Positions 36,001 to 48,000 of a stretch of DNA of 64,000 nt are shown here, in pieces. The stretch's first letter is position 1. The number at the start of each line of letters is the position of its first letter. A model generated the notes under the pieces. That model had not been told where the DNA came from and ran no database searches. It saw only the letters and a program-made list of their open reading frames with translations. Source of the stretch: Naegleria gruberi (Eukaryota); assembly GCA_000004985.1 (NCBI GenBank), contig GG738865.1; one strand, written 5' to 3'. Both the position numbers and the translations under genes were made by a program.

Positions 36001-39000
36001 NNNNNNNNNNNNNNNNNNNNNNNNNNNNNNNNNNNNNNNNNNNNNNNNNNNNNNNNNNNNNNNNNNNNNNNNNNNNNNNNNNNNNNNNNNNNNNNNNNNN
36101 NNNNNNNNNNNNNNNNNNNNNNNNNNNNNNNNNNNNNNNNNNNNNNNNNNNNNNNNNNNNNNNNNNNNNNNNNNNNNNNNNNNNNNNNNNNNNNNNNNNN
36201 NNNNNNNNNNNNNNNNNNNNNNNNNNNNNNNNNNNNNNNNNNNNNNNNNNNNNNNNNNNNNNNNNNNNNNNNNNNNNNNNNNNNNNNNNNNNNNNNNNNN
36301 NNNNNNNNNNNNNNNNNNNNNNNNNNNNNNNNNNNNNNNNNNNNNNNNNNNNNNNNNNNNNNNNNNNNNNNNNNNNNNNNNNNNNNNNNNNNNNNNNNNN
36401 NNNNNNNNNNNNNNNNNNNNNNNNNNNNNNNNNNNNNNNNNNNNNNNNNNNNNNNNNNNNNNNNNNNNNNNNNNNNNNNNNNNNNNNNNNNNNNNNNNNN
36501 NNNNNNNNNNNNNNNNNNNNNNNNNNNNNNNNNNNNNNNNNNNNNNNNNNNNNNNNNNNNNNNNNNNNNNNNNNNNNNNNNNNNNNNNNNNNNNNNNNNN
36601 NNNNNNNNNNNNNNNNNNNNNNNNNNNNNNNNNNNNNNNNNNNNNNNNNNNNNNNNNNNNNNNNNNNNNNNNNNNNNNNNNNNNNNNNNNNNNNNNNNNN
36701 NNNNNNNNNNNNNNNNNNNNNNNNNNNNNNNNNNNNNNNNNNNNNNNNNNNNNNNNNNNNNNNNNNNNNNNNNNNNNNNNNNNNNNNNNNNNNNNNNNNN
36801 NNNNNNNNNNNNNNNNNNNNNNNNNNNNNNNNNNNNNNNNNNNNNNNNNNNNNNNNNNNNNNNNNNNNNNNNNNNNNNNNNNNNNNNNNNNNNNNNNNNN
36901 NNNNNNNNNNNNNNNNNNNNNNNNNNNNNNNNNNNNNNNNNNNNNNNNNNNNNNNNNNNNNNNNNNNNNNNNNNNNNNNNNNNNNNNNNNNNNNNNNNNN
37001 NNNNNNNNNNNNNNNNNNNNNNNNNNNNNNNNNNNNNNNNNNNNNNNNNNNNNNNNNNNNNNNNNNNNNNNNNNNNNNNNNNNNNNNNNNNNNNNNNNNN
37101 NNNNNNNNNNNNNNNNNNNNNNNNNNNNNNNNNNNNNNNNNNNNNNNNNNNNNNNNNNNNNNNNNNNNNNNNNNNNNNNNNNNNNNNNNNNNNNNNNNNN
37201 NNNNNNNNNNNNNNNNNNNNNNNNNNNNNNNNNNNNNNNNNNNNNNNNNNNNNNNNNNNNNNNNNNNNNNNNNNNNNNNNNNNNNNNNNNNNNNNNNNNN
37301 NNNNNNNNNNNNNNNNNNNNNNNNNNNNNNNNNNNNNNNNNNNNNNNNNNNNNNNNNNNNNNNNNNNNNNNNNNNNNNNNNNNNNNNNNNNNNNNNNNNN
37401 NNNNNNNNNNNNNNNNNNNNNNNNNNNNNNNNNNNNNNNNNNNNNNNNNNNNNNNNNNNNNNNNNNNNNNNNNNNNNNNNNNNNNNNNNNNNNNNNNNNN
37501 NNNNNNNNNNNNNNNNNNNNNNNNNNNNNNNNNNNNNNNNNNNNNNNNNNNNNNNNNNNNNNNNNNNNNNNNNNNNNNNNNNNNNNNNNNNNNNNNNNNN
37601 NNNNNNNNNNNNNNNNNNNNNNNNNNNNNNNNNNNNNNNNNNNNNNNNNNNNNNNNNNNNNNNNNNNNNNNNNNNNNNNNNNNNNNNNNNNNNNNNNNNN
37701 NNNNNNNNNNNNNNNNNNNNNNNNNNNNNNNNNNNNNNNNNNNNNNNNNNNNNNNNNNNNNNNNNNNNNNNNNNNNNNNNNNNNNNNNNNNNNNNNNNNN
37801 NNNNNNNNNNNNNNNNNNNNNNNNNNNNNNNNNNNNNNNNNNNNNNNNNNNNNNNNNNNNNNNNNNNNNNNNNNNNNNNNNNNNNNNNNNNNNNNNNNNN
37901 NNNNNNNNNNNNNNNNNNNNNNNNNNNNNNNNNNNNNNNNNNNNNNNNNNNNNNNNNNNNNNNNNNNNNNNNNNNNNNNNNNNNNNNNNNNNNNNNNNNN
38001 NNNNNNNNNNNNNNNNNNNNNNNNNNNNNNNNNNNNNNNNNNNNNNNNNNNNNNNNNNNNNNNNNNNNNNNNNNNNNNNNNNNNNNNNNNNNNNNNNNNN
38101 NNNNNNNNNNNNNNNNNNNNNNNNNNNNNNNNNNNNNNNNNNNNNNNNNNNNNNNNNNNNNNNNNNNNNNNNNNNNNNNNNNNNNNNNNNNNNNNNNNNN
38201 NNNNNNNNNNNNNNNNNNNNNNNNNNNNNNNNNNNNNNNNNNNNNNNNNNNNNNNNNNNNNNNNNNNNNNNNNNNNNNNNNNNNNNNNNNNNNNNNNNNN
38301 NNNNNNNNNNNNNNNNNNNNNNNNNNNNNNNNNNNNNNNNNNNNNNNNNNNNNNNNNNNNNNNNNNNNNNNNNNNNNNNNNNNNNNNNNNNNNNNNNNNN
38401 NNNNNNNNNNNNNNNNNNNNNNNNNNNNNNNNNNNNNNNNNNNNNNNNNNNNNNNNNNNNNNNNNNNNNNNNNNNNNNNNNNNNNNNNNNNNNNNNNNNN
38501 NNNNNNNNNNNNNNNNNNNNNNNNNNNNNNNNNNNNNNNNNNNNNNNNNNNNNNNNNNNNNNNNNNNNNNNNNNNNNNNNNNNNNNNNNNNNNNNNNNNN
38601 NNNNNNNNNNNNNNNNNNNNNNNNNNNNNNNNNNNNNNNNNNNNNNNNNNNNNNNNNNNNNNNNNNNNNNNNNNNNNNNNNNNNNNNNNNNNNNNNNNNN
38701 NNNNNNNNNNNNNNNNNNNNNNNNNNNNNNNNNNNNNNNNNNNNNNNNNNNNNNNNNNNNNNNNNNNNNNNNNNNNNNNNNNNNNNNNNNNNNNNNNNNN
38801 NNNNNNNNNNNNNNNNNNNNNNNNNNNNNNNNNNNNNNNNNNNNNNNNNNNNNNNNNNNNNNNNNNNNNNNNNNNNNNNNNNNNNNNNNNNNNNNNNNNN
38901 NNNNNNNNNNNNNNNNNNNNNNNNNNNNNNNNNNNNNNNNNNNNNNNNNNNNNNNNNNNNNNNNNNNNNNNNNNNNNNNNNNNNNNNNNNNNNNNNNNNN

Positions 39001-42000
39001 NNNNNNNNNNNNNNNNNNNNNNNNNNNNNNNNNNNNNNNNNNNNNNNNNNNNNNNNNNNNNNNNNNNNNNNNNNNNNNNNNNNNNNNNNNNNNNNNNNNN
39101 NNNNNNNNNNNNNNNNNNNNNNNNNNNNNNNNNNNNNNNNNNNNNNNNNNNNNNNNNNNNNNNNNNNNNNNNNNNNNNNNNNNNNNNNNNNNNNNNNNNN
39201 NNNNNNNNNNNNNNNNNNNNNNNNNNNNNNNNNNNNNNNNNNNNNNNNNNNNNNNNNNNNNNNNNNNNNNNNNNNNNNNNNNNNNNNNNNNNNNNNNNNN
39301 NNNNNNNNNNNNNNNNNNNNNNNNNNNNNNNNNNNNNNNNNNNNNNNNNNNNNNNNNNNNNNNNNNNNNNNNNNNNNNNNNNNNNNNNNNNNNNNNNNNN
39401 NNNNNNNNNNNNNNNNNNNNNNNNNNNNNNNNNNNNNNNNNNNNNNNNNNNNNNNNNNNNNNNNNNNNNNNNNNNNNNNNNNNNNNNNNNNNNNNNNNNN
39501 NNNNNNNNNNNNNNNNNNNNNNNNNNNNNNNNNNNNNNNNNNNNNNNNNNNNNNNNNNNNNNNNNNNNNNNNNNNNNNNNNNNNNNNNNNNNNNNNNNNN
39601 NNNNNNNNNNNNNNNNNNNNNNNNNNNNNNNNNNNNNNNNNNNNNNNNNNNNNNNNNNNNNNNNNNNNNNNNNNNNNNNNNNNNNNNNNNNNNNNNNNNN
39701 NNNNNNNNNNNNNNNNNNNNNNNNNNNNNNNNNNNNNNNNNNNNNNNNNNNNNNNNNNNNNNNNNNNNNNNNNNNNNNNNNNNNNNNNNNNNNNNNNNNN
39801 NNNNNNNNNNNNNNNNNNNNNNNNNNNNNNNNNNNNNNNNNNNNNNNNNNNNNNNNNNNNNNNNNNNNNNNNNNNNNNNNNNNNNNNNNNNNNNNNNNNN
39901 NNNNNNNNNNNNNNNNNNNNNNNNNNNNNNNNNNNNNNNNNNNNNNNNNNNNNNNNNNNNNNNNNNNNNNNNNNNNNNNNNNNNNNNNNNNNNNNNNNNN
40001 NNNNNNNNNNNNNNNNNNNNNNNNNNNNNNNNNNNNNNNNNNNNNNNNNNNNNNNNNNNNNNNNNNNNNNNNNNNNNNNNNNNNNNNNNNNNNNNNNNNN
40101 NNNNNNNNNNNNNNNNNNNNNNNNNNNNNNNNNNNNNNNNNNNNNNNNNNNNNNNNNNNNNNNNNNNNNNNNNNNNNNNNNNNNNNNNNNNNNNNNNNNN
40201 NNNNNNNNNNNNNNNNNNNNNNNNNNNNNNNNNNNNNNNNNNNNNNNNNNNNNNNNNNNNNNNNNNNNNNNNNNNNNNNNNNNNNNNNNNNNNNNNNNNN
40301 NNNNNNNNNNNNNNNNNNNNNNNNNNNNNNNNNNNNNNNNNNNNNNNNNNNNNNNNNNNNNNNNNNNNNNNNNNNNNNNNNNNNNNNNNNNNNNNNNNNN
40401 NNNNNNNNNNNNNNNNNNNNNNNNNNNNNNNNNNNNNNNNNNNNNNNNNNNNNNNNNNNNNNNNNNNNNNNNNNNNNNNNNNNNNNNNNNNNNNNNNNNN
40501 NNNNNNNNNNNNNNNNNNNNNNNNNNNNNNNNNNNNNNNNNNNNNNNNNNNNNNNNNNNNNNNNNNNNNNNNNNNNNNNNNNNNNNNNNNNNNNNNNNNN
40601 NNNNNNNNNNNNNNNNNNNNNNNNNNNNNNNNNNNNNNNNNNNNNNNNNNNNNNNNNNNNNNNNNNNNNNNNNNNNNNNNNNNNNNNNNNNNNNNNNNNN
40701 NNNNNNNNNNNNNNNNNNNNNNNNNNNNNNNNNNNNNNNNNNNNNNNNNNNNNNNNNNNNNNNNNNNNNNNNNNNNNNNNNNNNNNNNNNNNNNNNNNNN
40801 NNNNNNNNNNNNNNNNNNNNNNNNNNNNNNNNNNNNNNNNNNNNNNNNNNNNNNNNNNNNNNNNNNNNNNNNNNNNNNNNNNNNNNNNNNNNNNNNNNNN
40901 NNNNNNNNNNNNNNNNNNNNNNNNNNNNNNNNNNNNNNNNNNNNNNNNNNNNNNNNNNNNNNNNNNNNNNNNNNNNNNNNNNNNNNNNNNNNNNNNNNNN
41001 NNNNNNNNNNNNNNNNNNNNNNNNNNNNNNNNNNNNNNNNNNNNNNNNNNNNNNNNNNNNNNNNNNNNNNNNNNNNNNNNNNNNNNNNNNNNNNNNNNNN
41101 NNNNNNNNNNNNNNNNNNNNNNNNNNNNNNNNNNNNNNNNNNNNNNNNNNNNNNNNNNNNNNNNNNNNNNNNNNNNNNNNNNNNNNNNNNNNNNNNNNNN
41201 NNNNNNNNNNNNNNNNNNNNNNNNNNNNNNNNNNNNNNNNNNNNNNNNNNNNNNNNNNNNNNNNNNNNNNNNNNNNNNNNNNNNNNNNNNNNNNNNNNNN
41301 NNNNNNNNNNNNNNNNNNNNNNNNNNNNNNNNNNNNNNNNNNNNNNNNNNNNNNNNNNNNNNNNNNNNNNNNNNNNNNNNNNNNNNNNNNNNNNNNNNNN
41401 NNNNNNNNNNNNNNNNNNNNNNNNNNNNNNNNNNNNNNNNNNNNNNNNNNNNNNNNNNNNNNNNNNNNNNNNNNNNNNNNNNNNNNNNNNNNNNNNNNNN
41501 NNNNNNNNNNNNNNNNNNNNNNNNNNNNNNNNNNNNNNNNNNNNNNNNNNNNNNNNNNNNNNNNNNNNNNNNNNNNNNNNNNNNNNNNNNNNNNNNNNNN
41601 NNNNNNNNNNNNNNNNNNNNNNNNNNNNNNNNNNNNNNNNNNNNNNNNNNNNNNNNNNNNNNNNNNNNNNNNNNNNNNNNNNNNNNNNNNNNNNNNNNNN
41701 NNNNNNNNNNNNNNNNNNNNNNNNNNNNNNNNNNNNNNNNNNNNNNNNNNNNNNNNNNNNNNNNNNNNNNNNNNNNNNNNNNNNNNNNNNNNNNNNNNNN
41801 NNNNNNNNNNNNNNNNNNNNNNNNNNNNNNNNNNNNNNNNNNNNNNNNNNNNNNNNNNNNNNNNNNNNNNNNNNNNNNNNNNNNNNNNNNNNNNNNNNNN
41901 NNNNNNNNNNNNNNNNNNNNNNNNNNNNNNNNNNNNNNNNNNNNNNNNNNNNNNNNNNNNNNNNNNNNNNNNNNNNNNNNNNNNNNNNNNNNNNNNNNNN

Positions 42001-45000
42001 NNNNNNNNNNNNNNNNNNNNNNNNNNNNNNNNNNNNNNNNNNNNNNNNNNNNNNNNNNNNNNNNNNNNNNNNNNNNNNNNNNNNNNNNNNNNNNNNNNNN
42101 NNNNNNNNNNNNNNNNNNNNNNNNNNNNNNNNNNNNNNNNNNNNNNNNNNNNNNNNNNNNNNNNNNNNNNNNNNNNNNNNNNNNNNNNNNNNNNNNNNNN
42201 NNNNNNNNNNNNNNNNNNNNNNNNNNNNNNNNNNNNNNNNNNNNNNNNNNNNNNNNNNNNNNNNNNNNNNNNNNNNNNNNNNNNNNNNNNNNNNNNNNNN
42301 NNNNNNNNNNNNNNNNNNNNNNNNNNNNNNNNNNNNNNNNNNNNNNNNNNNNNNNNNNNNNNNNNNNNNNNNNNNNNNNNNNNNNNNNNNNNNNNNNNNN
42401 NNNNNNNNNNNNNNNNNNNNNNNNNNNNNNNNNNNNNNNNNNNNNNNNNNNNNNNNNNNNNNNNNNNNNNNNNNNNNNNNNNNNNNNNNNNNNNNNNNNN
42501 NNNNNNNNNNNNNNNNNNNNNNNNNNNNNNNNNNNNNNNNNNNNNNNNNNNNNNNNNNNNNNNNNNNNNNNNNNNNNNNNNNNNNNNNNNNNNNNNNNNN
42601 NNNNNNNNNNNNNNNNNNNNNNNNNNNNNNNNNNNNNNNNNNNNNNNNNNNNNNNNNNNNNNNNNNNNNNNNNNNNNNNNNNNNNNNNNNNNNNNNNNNN
42701 NNNNNNNNNNNNNNNNNNNNNNNNNNNNNNNNNNNNNNNNNNNNNNNNNNNNNNNNNNNNNNNNNNNNNNNNNNNNNNNNNNNNNNNNNNNNNNNNNNNN
42801 NNNNNNNNNNNNNNNNNNNNNNNNNNNNNNNNNNNNNNNNNNNNNNNNNNNNNNNNNNNNNNNNNNNNNNNNNNNNNNNNNNNNNNNNNNNNNNNNNNNN
42901 NNNNNNNNNNNNNNNNNNNNNNNNNNNNNNNNNNNNNNNNNNNNNNNNNNNNNNNNNNNNNNNNNNNNNNNNNNNNNNNNNNNNNNNNNNNNNNNNNNNN
43001 NNNNNNNNNNNNNNNNNNNNNNNNNNNNNNNNNNNNNNNNNNNNNNNNNNNNNNNNNNNNNNNNNNNNNNNNNNNNNNNNNNNNNNNNNNNNNNNNNNNN
43101 NNNNNNNNNNNNNNNNNNNNNNNNNNNNNNNNNNNNNNNNNNNNNNNNNNNNNNNNNNNNNNNNNNNNNNNNNNNNNNNNNNNNNNNNNNNNNNNNNNNN
43201 NNNNNNNNNNNNNNNNNNNNNNNNNNNNNNNNNNNNNNNNNNNNNNNNNNNNNNNNNNNNNNNNNNNNNNNNNNNNNNNNNNNNNNNNNNNNNNNNNNNN
43301 NNNNNNNNNNNNNNNNNNNNNNNNNNNNNNNNNNNNNNNNNNNNNNNNNNNNNNNNNNNNNNNNNNNNNNNNNNNNNNNNNNNNNNNNNNNNNNNNNNNN
43401 NNNNNNNNNNNNNNNNNNNNNNNNNNNNNNNNNNNNNNNNNNNNNNNNNNNNNNNNNNNNNNNNNNNNNNNNNNNNNNNNNNNNNNNNNNNNNNNNNNNN
43501 NNNNNNNNNNNNNNNNNNNNNNNNNNNNNNNNNNNNNNNNNNNNNNNNNNNNNNNNNNNNNNNNNNNNNNNNNNNNNNNNNNNNNNNNNNNNNNNNNNNN
43601 NNNNNNNNNNNNNNNNNNNNNNNNNNNNNNNNNNNNNNNNNNNNNNNNNNNNNNNNNNNNNNNNNNNNNNNNNNNNNNNNNNNNNNNNNNNNNNNNNNNN
43701 NNNNNNNNNNNNNNNNNNNNNNNNNNNNNNNNNNNNNNNNNNNNNNNNNNNNNNNNNNNNNNNNNNNNNNNNNNNNNNNNNNNNNNNNNNNNNNNNNNNN
43801 NNNNNNNNNNNNNNNNNNNNNNNNNNNNNNNNNNNNNNNNNNNNNNNNNNNNNNNNNNNNNNNNNNNNNNNNNNNNNNNNNNNNNNNNNNNNNNNNNNNN
43901 NNNNNNNNNNNNNNNNNNNNNNNNNNNNNNNNNNNNNNNNNNNNNNNNNNNNNNNNNNNNNNNNNNNNNNNNNNNNNNNNNNNNNNNNNNNNNNNNNNNN
44001 NNNNNNNNNNNNNNNNNNNNNNNNNNNNNNNNNNNNNNNNNNNNNNNNNNNNNNNNNNNNNNNNNNNNNNNNNNNNNNNNNNNNNNNNNNNNNNNNNNNN
44101 NNNNNNNNNNNNNNNNNNNNNNNNNNNNNNNNNNNNNNNNNNNNNNNNNNNNNNNNNNNNNNNNNNNNNNNNNNNNNNNNNNNNNNNNNNNNNNNNNNNN
44201 NNNNNNNNNNNNNNNNNNNNNNNNNNNNNNNNNNNNNNNNNNNNNNNNNNNNNNNNNNNNNNNNNNNNNNNNNNNNNNNNNNNNNNNNNNNNNNNNNNNN
44301 NNNNNNNNNNNNNNNNNNNNNNNNNNNNNNNNNNNNNNNNNNNNNNNNNNNNNNNNNNNNNNNNNNNNNNNNNNNNNNNNNNNNNNNNNNNNNNNNNNNN
44401 NNNNNNNNNNNNNNNNNNNNNNNNNNNNNNNNNNNNNNNNNNNNNNNNNNNNNNNNNNNNNNNNNNNNNNNNNNNNNNNNNNNNNNNNNNNNNNNNNNNN
44501 NNNNNNNNNNNNNNNNNNNNNNNNNNNNNNNNNNNNNNNNNNNNNNNNNNNNNNNNNNNNNNNNNNNNNNNNNNNNNNNNNNNNNNNNNNNNNNNNNNNN
44601 NNNNNNNNNNNNNNNNNNNNNNNNNNNNNNNNNNNNNNNNNNNNNNNNNNNNNNNNNNNNNNNNNNNNNNNNNNNNNNNNNNNNNNNNNNNNNNNNNNNN
44701 NNNNNNNNNNNNNNNNNNNNNNNNNNNNNNNNNNNNNNNNNNNNNNNNNNNNNNNNNNNNNNNNNNNNNNNNNNNNNNNNNNNNNNNNNNNNNNNNNNNN
44801 NNNNNNNNNNNNNNNNNNNNNNNNNNNNNNNNNNNNNNNNNNNNNNNNNNNNNNNNNNNNNNNNNNNNNNNNNNNNNNNNNNNNNNNNNNNNNNNNNNNN
44901 NNNNNNNNNNNNNNNNNNNNNNNNNNNNNNNNNNNNNNNNNNNNNNNNNNNNNNNNNNNNNNNNNNNNNNNNNNNNNNNNNNNNNNNNNNNNNNNNNNNN

Positions 45001-48000
45001 NNNNNNNNNNNNNNNNNNNNNNNNNNNNNNNNNNNNNNNNNNNNNNNNNNNNNNNNNNNNNNNNNNNNNNNNNNNNNNNNNNNNNNNNNNNNNNNNNNNN
45101 NNNNNNNNNNNNNNNNNNNNNNNNNNNNNNNNNNNNNNNNNNNNNNNNNNNNNNNNNNNNNNNNNNNNNNNNNNNNNNNNNNNNNNNNNNNNNNNNNNNN
45201 NNNNNNNNNNNNNNNNNNNNNNNNNNNNNNNNNNNNNNNNNNNNNNNNNNNNNNNNNNNNNNNNNNNNNNNNNNNNNNNNNNNNNNNNNNNNNNNNNNNN
45301 NNNNNNNNNNNNNNNNNNNNNNNNNNNNNNNNNNNNNNNNNNNNNNNNNNNNNNNNNNNNNNNNNNNNNNNNNNNNNNNNNNNNNNNNNNNNNNNNNNNN
45401 NNNNNNNNNNNNNNNNNNNNNNNNNNNNNNNNNNNNNNNNNNNNNNNNNNNNNNNNNNNNNNNNNNNNNNNNNNNNNNNNNNNNNNNNNNNNNNNNNNNN
45501 NNNNNNNNNNNNNNNNNNNNNNNNNNNNNNNNNNNNNNNNNNNNNNNNNNNNNNNNNNNNNNNNNNNNNNNNNNNNNNNNNNNNNNNNNNNNNNNNNNNN
45601 NNNNNNNNNNNNNNNNNNNNNNNNNNNNNNNNNNNNNNNNNNNNNNNNNNNNNNNNNNNNNNNNNNNNNNNNNNNNNNNNNNNNNNNNNNNNNNNNNNNN
45701 NNNNNNNNNNNNNNNNNNNNNNNNNNNNNNNNNNNNNNNNNNNNNNNNNNNNNNNNNNNNNNNNNNNNNNNNNNNNNNNNNNNNNNNNNNNNNNNNNNNN
45801 NNNNNNNNNNNNNNNNNNNNNNNNNNNNNNNNNNNNNNNNNNNNNNNNNNNNNNNNNNNNNNNNNNNNNNNNNNNNNNNNNNNNNNNNNNNNNNNNNNNN
45901 NNNNNNNNNNNNNNNNNNNNNNNNNNNNNNNNNNNNNNNNNNNNNNNNNNNNNNNNNNNNNNNNNNNNNNNNNNNNNNNNNNNNNNNNNNNNNNNNNNNN
46001 NNNNNNNNNNNNNNNNNNNNNNNNNNNNNNNNNNNNNNNNNNNNNNNNNNNNNNNNNNNNNNNNNNNNNNNNNNNNNNNNNNNNNNNNNNNNNNNNNNNN
46101 NNNNNNNNNNNNNNNNNNNNNNNNNNNNNNNNNNNNNNNNNNNNNNNNNNNNNNNNNNNNNNNNNNNNNNNNNNNNNNNNNNNNNNNNNNNNNNNNNNNN
46201 NNNNNNNNNNNNNNNNNNNNNNNNNNNNNNNNNNNNNNNNNNNNNNNNNNNNNNNNNNNNNNNNNNNNNNNNNNNNNNNNNNNNNNNNNNNNNNNNNNNN
46301 NNNNNNNNNNNNNNNNNNNNNNNNNNNNNNNNNNNNNNNNNNNNNNNNNNNNNNNNNNNNNNNNNNNNNNNNNNNNNNNNNNNNNNNNNNNNNNNNNNNN
46401 NNNNNNNNNNNNNNNNNNNNNNNNNNNNNNNNNNNNNNNNNNNNNNNNNNNNNNNNNNNNNNNNNNNNNNNNNNNNNNNNNNNNNNNNNNNNNNNNNNNN
46501 NNNNNNNNNNNNNNNNNNNNNNNNNNNNNNNNNNNNNNNNNNNNNNNNNNNNNNNNNNNNNNNNNNNNNNNNNNNNNNNNNNNNNNNNNNNNNNNNNNNN
46601 NNNNNNNNNNNNNNNNNNNNNNNNNNNNNNNNNNNNNNNNNNNNNNNNNNNNNNNNNNNNNNNNNNNNNNNNNNNNNNNNNNNNNNNNNNNNNNNNNNNN
46701 NNNNNNNNNNNNNNNNNNNNNNNNNNNNNNNNNNNNNNNNNNNNNNNNNNNNNNNNNNNNNNNNNNNNNNNNNNNNNNNNNNNNNNNNNNNNNNNNNNNN
46801 NNNNNNNNNNNNNNNNNNNNNNNNNNNNNNNNNNNNNNNNNNNNNNNNNNNNNNNNNNNNNNNNNNNNNNNNNNNNNNNNNNNNNNNNNNNNNNNNNNNN
46901 NNNNNNNNNNNNNNNNNNNNNNNNNNNNNNNNNNNNNNNNNNNNNNNNNNNNNNNNNNNNNNNNNNNNNNNNNNNNNNNNNNNNNNNNNNNNNNNNNNNN
47001 NNNNNNNNNNNNNNNNNNNNNNNNNNNNNNNNNNNNNNNNNNNNNNNNNNNNNNNNNNNNNNNNNNNNNNNNNNNNNNNNNNNNNNNNNNNNNNNNNNNN
47101 NNNNNNNNNNNNNNNNNNNNNNNNNNNNNNNNNNNNNNNNNNNNNNNNNNNNNNNNNNNNNNNNNNNNNNNNNNNNNNNNNNNNNNNNNNNNNNNNNNNN
47201 NNNNNNNNNNNNNNNNNNNNNNNNNNNNNNNNNNNNNNNNNNNNNNNNNNNNNNNNNNNNNNNNNNNNNNNNNNNNNNNNNNNNNNNNNNNNNNNNNNNN
47301 NNNNNNNNNNNNNNNNNNNNNNNNNNNNNNNNNNNNNNNNNNNNNNNNNNNNNNNNNNNNNNNNNNNNNNNNNNNNNNNNNNNNNNNNNNNNNNNNNNNN
47401 NNNNNNNNNNNNNNNNNNNNNNNNNNNNNNNNNNNNNNNNNNNNNNNNNNNNNNNNNNNNNNNNNNNNNNNNNNNNNNNNNNNNNNNNNNNNNNNNNNNN
47501 NNNNNNNNNNNNNNNNNNNNNNNNNNNNNNNNNNNNNNNNNNNNNNNNNNNNNNNNNNNNNNNNNNNNNNNNNNNNNNNNNNNNNNNNNNNNNNNNNNNN
47601 NNNNNNNNNNNNNNNNNNNNNNNNNNNNNNNNNNNNNNNNNNNNNNNNNNNNNNNNNNNNNNNNNNNNNNNNNNNNNNNNNNNNNNNNNNNNNNNNNNNN
47701 NNNNNNNNNNNNNNNNNNNNNNNNNNNNNNNNNNNNNNNNNNNNNNNNNNNNNNNNNNNNNNNNNNNNNNNNNNNNNNNNNNNNNNNNNNNNNNNNNNNN
47801 NNNNNNNNNNNNNNNNNNNNNNNNNNNNNNNNNNNNNNNNNNNNNNNNNNNNNNNNNNNNNNNNNNNNNNNNNNNNNNNNNNNNNNNNNNNNNNNNNNNN
47901 NNNNNNNNNNNNNNNNNNNNNNNNNNNNNNNNNNNNNNNNNNNNNNNNNNNNNNNNNNNNNNNNNNNNNNNNNNNNNNNNNNNNNNNNNNNNNNNNNNNN